The notes under the pieces: generated by a model
What the model saw: the letters and a program-made list of their open reading frames with translations, nothing else
The model's database searches: none
Told to the model about the DNA's origin: nothing
Part shown: positions 56,001-64,000 of the stretch, piece by piece
Position numbering within the stretch: the stretch's first letter is position 1
How the letters are laid out: each line of letters begins with the position of its first letter
Source of the DNA: Rebecca billardiae RCC1528
Lineage: Eukaryota > Protista > Haptophyta
NCBI GenBank assembly: GCA_965240325.2
Contig: OZ251250.1
Span: 186,001 to 250,000, forward strand
Direction: 5' to 3'
DNA length: 64,000 nt
Made by a program: the position numbers and the translations under genes

Positions 56001-58061
56001 GCCAGCCTTCCGCCGCCGGAGCCGCCCCGGACTGCCAGCCTCGCGCCGCCCGGCGGCGAGGGCGGCGGCGCGGGTGAGGGTGGCGGCGCCGAGGGCGGCG
56101 GCGCGTGCGCCTCGTGCGCGCCCGCCGCCGCGCCCGCCGCCGCCACCTCCGAGCCCCTACCCCCGCCCTCGCCCTCGGCGCGCCTTGGCGCACCGCCGCC
56201 GCCGCCGCCGCCGCCGCCAACGGGCGGCGAGCCGCTGCCAGACGCCCAGCCGCCGCCAGCAGCCGGGCAGCCGCCGCCGCCTCCCGTCTCCGCGCCGCCG
56301 CGGCCGCCGCCGCCGCCGCAGCCGCCGGCACGCGGCGGCGAGCCGCCGCCGCCAGACGCCCAGCCGCTGCCGGGCTCGGAGGAGCGGCAGCTCGAGCTGC
56401 TCGGCCTCGCGGCGCTGCTGGCGCTACGGACGGGAGTGCCGCTCGGCGTGCGACTCTCGCCGCTGATGCTTCTGCCCGCGACGGCGGCGGCGGCGGGCGC
56501 AGGCGCTCACGGCGCGCGGCCGCGCGCCGCCGCCGCCGCCGCGCCGGACGCGCCACCCGATGCGCCGCCGCTGGCGCGCTCGCGCTTCGGCACCGCCGAG
56601 CGCGCGCTGGACACGCTGGCCTGGGCCAACGCCGAGCTGGCCGCCGCGTGGCGGGAGACGCTCGCGGGCGCGCGCGCCGCCGCCGCGCAGGGCCGCTGCG
56701 TCGGCAGCCTGGGGCACACCGCTGGCGACTTTGCAGGGCCGGCGGCGCGCGCGGCGGCCGCGGCGCGGCAGCGGCAGGGGGGCGGCGCCGAGCGCGCCGC
56801 GCCGCGCGCCGCGGACTTCGCACCGCCGCCTCGGAGCGCCGAGGGCGGCGGCGCCGGCGCCGCCGACGCGGCCGAGCGCGGCGGCACGGCCGCCGCGCTC
56901 GCGCGCGCGCCGGCAGCGGCCGGGCCGCCGGCGGCGAGCTCGCCACCGCCCTCGCCGTGCGGCGCGGCGCCCGCGGCCGCCGCCGCCGCCGCCGCGCCGC
57001 CGAGCTCGCCGCCGCCTGTCTGGCCGCCGCCGCCTCCGCGCGTGCCCACCGGCTTCGGCGCTCCCCAGCCTACCCGGCTTACCCAGCTTACCCGGCTTAC
57101 CCAGCTTACCCAGCTTACCCACGTGCCCATGGAGCTCGAGCCAATCACGCCGCCGCGCGCCGAGAGCGCCGCCGAGCCCGCGGCGGCGCAGCTCTCGCCG
57201 TGGCCAACGGCCGCCGCCGTCGCCGCCGCCTGCGCCGCCGCGTGTTCGCCGCGGCCCGGCGGCGGCGACGCGGAGGCGCCGCCGCCCGCGGCTGACGGCG
57301 CCCTCGGCGGCGACGACGCGCCCGGCGGCGGCCGCGCCGCCGCGCCGCCGTCGGCGGCGGGGCTCCGCTCGCTCGCCGCCGTCGAGGCGGCCGTGATCGC
57401 CGGCGCGCGCGCCGAGCTGGGCGCCGTGTGCGCCGCGCACCGCGCCGGCCTCGCCGCGTTCCGCCGCGGGTTCTATGGAGAAGAACCGTCGGTTGAGCGC
57501 GCGCTGCGCGCGCTGCCTAGCACCGAGCGCGCGGCGCGCGAGGTTGTCGATCTCGTGTGCGGCCGCGACGAGCTGACCGGCGAGATGCTCGCGGCCGCGT
57601 GCCGCATCGACCTCGGCGTCGGCGACGGCGGGGCGGGGGGCGCAGTCCGGGAGTCCGGGAGCACGGAGTCCGGGAGCACGGAGTCCGGGAGGGGCGACGG
57701 GGAGACGCCCGGCGGGGACCCGCTCGTCGTCGGCAGCGTGCAGCGCGAGCTGCTCGCGCGCGCCGAGTGGCTGCTCGAGCTGCTCGGCAAGCGCTTCGAC
57801 GCGGCGGAGCGGCTGCAGTTCCTCAGCTTCGTCACCGGGCTGCGCTGCGTGCCCGACGGCGCCGCCGGCGGCACCCTCGAGATTCTCGTCAGATTCGACG
57901 GTCTGCGGCCCGGCGGCAACGGCGCGCTCCCGGCCGCGCGCACGTGCACTAACGAGCTGCTGCTGCGGCACGCGCTGCAGTACGAGAGCGCCGAGCAGCT
58001 GGGCGCGGACCTGCGCCGGGCGATGAGCTCTGTGCGGCACGGGGACTTCCTCCTCAAGTAG
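51891..58061 (+). CDS. HECT-type E3 ubiquitin ligase with a putative N-terminal Tudor/chromo-barrel-like domain, coiled coils and a long PQ tract
   Basis: HECT blocks LRVRFV..PGVDEGGLSRHFY, LLGLAALLAL, AFRRGFY, LVCG, ERLQFLSFVTG..VP and LPAARTCTNELLL..YESAEQL..L..AM, with the catalytic Cys present. The N-terminus reads YAVGERVW..ARIL..LLHIARNTREWV. Confidence 0.85.
52863..52921 (+). repeat. Interstitial telomeric array, (TTAGGG)9 + TTAGG, in frame in the HECT ORF
   Basis: Direct reading; translates as LGLGLG... Confidence 0.95.
53765..54846 (+). repeat. (CAGCCG)n hexamer array with CAGTTG/CTGCCG variants, encoding ~360 aa of PQ/LQ
   Basis: Direct reading. Confidence 0.97.
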
Positions 58062-58236
58062 CTGACGAGCGAGCTCGTCCGTCCGAGCTCTCCGCAGAGC
58101 GTGGCTGACCGCGGCACGAGTGTCGTCAGCCGTCACGGCAGCATCGTGGCGGACCGTGCAGGTGCTGTCCGTGGCGACGGCCCGCGATTGACCGGCGCGG
58201 CATCGCCCGGCCGCGATCGGTACGTACGACATATAT

Positions 58237-60254
58237 GATTAAACTTTCTTCAGGAATGCGCACCAGAAAAAGCCTTAACAACCCGCGCGGCCCAAGATGG
58301 GGTCGGCGGCCACGACGGCGGTTATGCGCCCTTGCGCGCCTTGGAGCGGCTCGTGCGCGCCAGGAAGTGGGCCAAACCATGCTCGCGACATGCTCGTTCG
58401 TCGACGCTGATTGTTGGCCGATTGCATGCCAGCCCACGCCGACGTCTGAGTGCGCCTCGCCGCGCACGGTACAGCTTGACGGTACACGGCACGATTCGGC
58501 CGCGAGCAGCCTCGTGCGCGCGACCGACCCAGAGGTGGTCGTCGAGAGTAGCACGAGCGGCGGCACACAAGCGGGCCTGGTCGTTGCCGAATATCTGACG
58601 CACCAATCGACCTCGCCCAGCGCCATCTGCTCGTTTGTGCACGTGTTGGAAAGGATGAGCAGCTGCGTGCAAACGCCAAGCGCGCAGATGAGGCGTGGGC
58701 GAGCGAAGGGGCGGCGAGGGCCGGCGCGTGCGCGCGCGTAAATTCGAGCCTCCCCATACGCATCGAAACACACCGCGCTCGCTCGTCGAGCTGCGCACGG
58801 GTATCGGTGCGCGCGCGCCAACGCGGCGCGCCGTGCTCGCGCCCCGGGCAGCTGCAAACCTGCTCGCGCGCGCACGCGTGCGTGATGGACCGAGGAGGTC
58901 GCGCGAGCATGCGCGATGTGTCTGGATGGAGCGTGTAGGAGGTGTAGGCTGCGCTCCGCACGCGCTCCGCCACCGTGCACCGCGCTGCCCCTCGCCCACG
59001 CGGTCGCCGCCGAGCCCAGATTCAAACGCGTGCGAGCGCTCGAGCGCACCTCCGAGCAGCAGTCGCAGCTATCGTGTCGAAGGCGTGGCGAGAGGCAGAT
59101 GTGCATGGCAAGTAGCGCCATGGTGGTGCCCATCACGCGCACACACTCGCGCACGCTCGCTACACCACCTCGTCGCGCCCACGTGCAGCGCGCGGGGCGC
59201 GCTTCACGCCCGGAGCAGCTCGGCCGAGCGGCTGCTGCGCGCGGCGCGCGCGGCGAGTAGGGCTCAGCCAATGGTCCGAGGGCGAGCCTGCCGAGCGTCG
59301 TGCGTGGCGCGCGCGGACCTAGTACAACGCCGCGTACCACTCGCTGCCACCATAGGGCCCGTACCGGCGAGCTGTGGCCGCCGCAGACACCACCGTGAAT
59401 GCAGCCCAACGGTCACAGCGCGCGACAGCCGACGAGCGCTTGACGCGCGCGTCCACCACCGTGCGATGAGCACGGACGAGCGCGCGCGCCCGTGTCGTAG
59501 CTCAGGTGGGGTCCCCCGATCGCACTCACCACCGCGCTGCCACGCCTTCGACCATCTTGTGTCACCATGTGGCCGCTCGCCGCTCGCGCCGAGCGGCTCA
59601 GGCGGCGCAGCTGCACGACCGGCAAACCGACGGTCAGCGCGCAGCAAGGGTGGAGTCCGGCGAGGGTCGGCCGGACTGTCCGGCGCCACCAAGGTGGACC
59701 ACGCGGTGGTCACCGGCGCGCTCGTCACCACGCTCGAGGCCATGGAGGCCGCCCACGAGCAGAAATGCTCACTGCATCTGCCTGTGCACTGCCTTTGCAG
59801 TGCTCCTTTGCGCGCGCACGCAGCGGCGAAGAGCGAAAGCGTTAGAGGCGACCTCGTCCGGGTCTCAAGGGTAACACCAACAAAGAACGGAATGCGCGCG
59901 AAGGTCGCCTCTAACCATTTTTGTGTCGCCCGTGCCGCGCGCGCGCGAGCACGGCCAATGCGGCGAGCTGCAACATCTGCTGCAGATCGGCTCGTGCTCG
60001 ACGAGGGCGGCGAGGAGACGGGTGCGCGCTCGCGAGCGCGCGTACCTGAGAGTGATATCGGCATCCGATCAGGAAGAGCGGGTCGATCTGCCCGCAGCTC
60101 GTCGCACGATCGCGAGAGCGCACGTGCGGTCGACGAGGAAGAAGGCCCGCATCGTGGCGTTTCCGCCAGTGGCGGGCCGGCCCGAGATTTTACGGCGAAA
60201 CTCCAGCGGGTTGTTATAAGGCTTTTTCTGGTGCGCATTCCTGAAGAAAGCTTA

Positions 60255-60257
<3 letters not shown>
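58237..60257. mobile_element. TIR DNA transposon, 2.0 kb, probably Sola-like, with a decayed minus-strand transposase
   Basis: ~50-bp TIR GATTAA(A/G)CTTTCTTCAGGAATGCGCACCAGAAAAAGCCTTA(TA)ACAACCCGC; ATAT on both flanks. Minus-strand motifs occur in order: ICLSPRLRHDSCDCC, VCFDAY, LLILSNTC, VRGEAHSDV. Confidence 0.85.

Positions 60258-60295
<38 letters not shown>
60258..60295. repeat. (TA)n microsatellite
   Basis: Direct reading. Confidence 0.95.
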
Positions 60296-60301
<6 letters not shown>

Positions 60302-60748
60302 CGACGACGTACTACTATAGTAGCGCGCTATACGCCGATTATACGCGACGATATATATATATATATAGCATCACTGACGGCGTACTGCACAGCGGTATGA
60401 TCAAACGCGGCCTGCACAATATTAGCTAGAATAACTGTGCCGGACGAGACGACGGACTAGCGCAGCTTATATATTATTTTGCTGCGGCGGCTGATGCGCG
60501 GCGCCGGCCCGGGCACGACCGGCCACTACCGGGCGGCCGAATCGGCGGGTCGGACCCGGCCGCGGGGGCCGCCGATCGATCACACCCCGGCTCGCCAGCA
60601 GCGCCGCGCGAGCAGCAGCGGGTCCCCGCGCGCGTCCGCGTGCGGCGTGTGGTGCGGCGGCTGCTCCGGTGCGCCGCCGCCGCGGCCGAGGAGGCGCGCC
60701 GCCACCGGCGCGCGAGCCGCCACGCTGCGCGGCGACCGGCTGCCCTCG

Positions 60749-62533
60749 TCACCGGCTGCCCTCGTCGACGTCGGCGCAGGGCCAGGGGCCTCGGGCGCCA
60801 GTGGGCGGTCTCAGCTCGGACGCGGACGCGCAGCGCGCCGCGCCCGGGCCGGCGGGGGGCCGGAGCAGCAGCTCGGCGGAGGAGGGCACGCACGGCACCG
60901 CGTGCCCTGCGAGAGGGTCCAGCCCGCCGCCGCCGCCGCCCGGGCCGCGCTTCGGCCCGCCGCCGCCGCCGCCGCCGCCGCCGTCCGCCAAGCCGGTGCC
61001 GAGCCCCAGGCTGGCCAGCAGTGAGTGTGACGCTCGCGTCAGGTCGAGGCTGTTGAGGCTGCGCTTGCGCGTGCGGCCGGCGGAACCCGCGGCGCGGCGC
61101 GGCGTCTCGTCCGCCGCCTTCGCCGCCTCAGCCGCCTCGGCGGGCGGCCCCGCCGCCACCGGCGCAAGCGCCGTCGAGGAGGACATGCACGCGCGCGCGC
61201 CAAACCTGCGCGCGCACGCCCTGGCGATCGCGGGCCGCGCGTGGCGCAGCCCGTCCTTCGCCTTGCTCACGAACACGTCGGCGCCCATCGTCGCGTACCG
61301 GCGGCGGTCGGGCGACGAGCCGTTCGCGGAGACCACGCACGCGACCAGGTTGGCCTCCGCCTCTGGCACCGTCGCGCGCACGTGCTGAATCACTTGCGCG
61401 CCGGTAGGAACTCCCACGCCGAGATCGTAATCTGAGAAGAGCACGACCGGACCGGCGCGCACGAGCGCGGCCAGCGTGCGCGCGTAGCCGTGCAGCGCGC
61501 GCGCCGCCTCCGGGTCGGCGTCGGCGAGCTCGAGCGGCGGGATCACCGTCGGCTGCACGCCGGGCGCGCAGAGCTGCGCGAGCACGCGCGTGCGCACCAC
61601 GCACCGCGTGAGACGGGAGTCGTCGACTATCACCACCGACGCGCAGGCGGGCAGGCAGAAGGCGTCGATGCGCTCGGCGGTGAGCGTGCGCACGCGCACG
61701 GGGAGGGTCAGCTCGACCAGCGCGCAGCGCGCGTCGGCGTCCGCGTCGGCGGCGTCCGCGTCGGCCGCGTCGGCGTCGGCGTCGGCGGCGGGTGCGGCGG
61801 CGGCGGCGAGCGCCGAGTGCCCGACGCTGCCATCGCCCCACGCCGCACGGCCGCCGAGCGCGTGCGCGCACGCGTCCACGAGCGCGTTGGGACGGTGTGC
61901 CGCGCCCGGCCGGCGCCAAGCCGCGCCGTCCGCCGCCGTGCTGCTCGCGTGCGCGCCGCCGCTCGCGCGCACGCGCACGCGCAGCGCCCCTGCGCTCAGG
62001 CCCAGCTGCAGGCGGAGCGAGCAGGGCGCGGCGGGTGCGCGCGGCGCGCCGGGCGCGGGCGCGTCGGCGTGCCGGCGGAGCGCGTCGATGGCGGTGCGCA
62101 GCGGGAGGGGATCGATCTCGACCACCTCGTCCGGCGCCGTGCCCGCCGCGTACGTCACGCGCACGCCGGGCGCGCGCGCGGAGCTCGCGAGCAGCTCGCG
62201 CAGCTCGAGCGAAAGCACGCTCGGCTCGTAGTCGTGCGCGAGGATGGCGGTGCGCGAGATCGCGGTGTGCAGCGTGTCGATCGCGTGGGAGATCTCGGCC
62301 GAGACGCACACCATCGCGTCCGCCACCTCGGCGGCGCTCGTGCCGCCGGGCTCGCGCGCGCACCGCTGCATCACGTCGACGAGCGCCGCCGCGCGCACGA
62401 GCGGGTTGCACACCGAGTCCTGCAGCGAGAGGAGCGCGCTGTTGTCGTCCGTGCCGCCGAGCATGCGCGCTTCGGCGGCGGTGGCCGCCGGGGACGAGCC
62501 GGACCGGCCCGTCGCGCCGGCTCGCGGCTCCAT
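60749..62533 (-). CDS. Response-regulator receiver protein with a degenerate histidine-kinase module
   Basis: Receiver: VVIVDDSRLTR..VLFSDYDLG..TGAQVIQHVR..VVSAN..RRRYATMGADVFVSK. Upstream SAEISHAIDTL is H-box-like and VEIDPLPLRTAIDALRRHA is an eroded N-box. The start codon is uncertain. Confidence 0.7.
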   Translation of the reverse strand: MEPRAGATGRSGSSPAATAAEARMLGGTDDNSALLSLQDSVCNPLVRAAALVDVMQRCAREPGGTSAAEVADAMVCVSAEISHAIDTLHTAISRTAILAHDYEPSVLSLELRELLASSARAPGVRVTYAAGTAPDEVVEIDPLPLRTAIDALRRHADAPAPGAPRAPAAPCSLRLQLGLSAGALRVRVRASGGAHASSTAADGAAWRRPGAAHRPNALVDACAHALGGRAAWGDGSVGHSALAAAAAPAADADADAADADAADADADARCALVELTLPVRVRTLTAERIDAFCLPACASVVIVDDSRLTRCVVRTRVLAQLCAPGVQPTVIPPLELADADPEAARALHGYARTLAALVRAGPVVLFSDYDLGVGVPTGAQVIQHVRATVPEAEANLVACVVSANGSSPDRRRYATMGADVFVSKAKDGLRHARPAIARACARRFGARACMSSSTALAPVAAGPPAEAAEAAKAADETPRRAAGSAGRTRKRSLNSLDLTRASHSLLASLGLGTGLADGGGGGGGGGPKRGPGGGGGGLDPLAGHAVPCVPSSAELLLRPPAGPGAARCASASELRPPTGARGPWPCADVDEGSR

Positions 62534-64000
62534 GTGGTGTGGAGCGTGCGCCCGAGGCCTGTGAGCTTGCTCAGCGTGGGGACCGGGCCAGCGCAAGTTC
62601 AAGTCGAGGTGTTTCGGTTTGGTGGCGCCCGGCCTGCATGGATCTGCGGGAGTCTTCGTCTACGGCCCTTGCTTCGTCCCTCCCCAAACATTGATCCTGC
62701 TGATTGCGCCTTTGTGTGCCACGGCGAATCAGCGATGAGACGGCTGCTCCCGTGCGGTGCGCCTTTAATGAAATGAATATCGGTGTTGAAAGTGCGAGCA
62801 CCAGGTTGATTGAATGATTGCTCTCATATTTTAGCTGTTGGCGGGAGCACATGGCTGATGATTCATCAAGGAGCGGTAGCTGATCCACGTGATGGAGCCA
62901 AAATTACCTGCTCGATTCTCATTCGACGGGCCGATCCACCAGTGATTCAAGGAACTCTGTCGAAGAATAATGAGCAATCACAGATTGACTGCTCACCACC
63001 CTCGGTGGGCCAGATTTGGGCCAGATCAGCATCACGTTGGTCGGAGGAGATCCCCCCAAAATATTATGATGACCATCAAGATGATTGAGCAGGATTTAAT
63101 TAAGGAACTTGGTGACCCCGACGATCCCGCGATGGTGCCGCGACTCAGGGCGTCCACAGCAGGCGAAGTGCGCGGAAGGGGGGGGTGGGACGAGCCGGGC
63201 GCTAGCCGCCAGCGGTTCGCGGTGCTGCTGCCGCAGTCGTGGGACCTGTCCCATCAGATGCTTGAGCGGCGAGTGAGCCGCGCCGCCGGTTCCGGCGGCC
63301 CCGTGCGCCGTAGTTCCGCGAATCGCGCCTCTACGAGTCTAAGCCGCGGTCGGCGTGTGACCCCGGGCCGGAGGCAGGGGCCGGCACAGCCGAGTCTAGC
63401 AGCACCGGGCCGCCTGCGCCCGGCAAATGAAAACTGCATGCCACCAGGGCGTTCGTGAGCTCGCGCTTGACGTGTGCTCCAAACCCCTGGCTCGGTGCTG
63501 TCACTAGCTGTCTGTCTGAGTGCCGGCGGCGGCGCGGCCGGCGGACGGTGCCGTGCGAGACTCAGACCCGTCCGGCACGGGTGACGTGAATGAGTATACT
63601 ACAGGTAGTACAGAGTAATCGTGACTCCGTGAGTGAGCGTATGAAAACCACGACGTATATAGATAGCGTAGTATATGCTTCAATGCTGAGTTTGTGCTCG
63701 CCGCTGCCACATGGCTAATGACGGCCAGTCCGCGCCGAATCTTGATTCTTGTCAGAAGTCTCGGAACCGTGACCGAATCGGCCTCGGGAGGCCATTGCGG
63801 TTGTGCCCCGAGCGAGGGCGAGGGTGCAGGTCCGGATGTCAGACGGCAGTCTCAGCCGCTGGTAGCAGCTGGTCGAGCCTGCCCCGTGCCGTCCCCGGGC
63901 GGTCGCGTACGCGCTTGCCGCTCGATCCGCAGCTGGCTGGCTGGAGGCGGCTGGTGCTGCGGCGGCGTCCACGGGGGGCGCCTTCGCCCGCTCAGCTCAG

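Overview
Eukaryotic nuclear DNA with very high GC, GT-AG introns rich in (GC)n, TTAGGG-type telomeric repeats and (TA)n microsatellites. This looks most like a GC-rich alga, probably a haptophyte (inference from composition and gene content). About 16 genes can be supported: an S1-domain protein, an OSCA/TMEM63 channel, a sulfotransferase, an STI1-motif protein, a giant RIC1, a transmembrane TIR-like protein, a 6-TM/EF-hand protein, a GST, QueF, two F-box/RCC1 paralogues, a Slo/BK-type K+ channel, a His-rich membrane protein, SmD2, a HECT E3 ligase and a degenerate histidine kinase-receiver. Seven terminal-inverted-repeat (TIR) DNA transposons were read directly from the sequence, five of them packed into 5.6-18.5 kb. 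The top observation is an intact, intronless, bimodular bacterial-type queF (preQ0 nitrile reductase, de novo queuosine pathway), head-to-head with a GST. Eukaryotes are normally considered queuine salvagers. Also notable are a membrane-anchored TIR-like protein keeping its catalytic-position Glu, and short, stop-free palindromic or telomere-like words repeatedly embedded in giant coding exons. All calls are by-eye motif recognition; no database searches were run.
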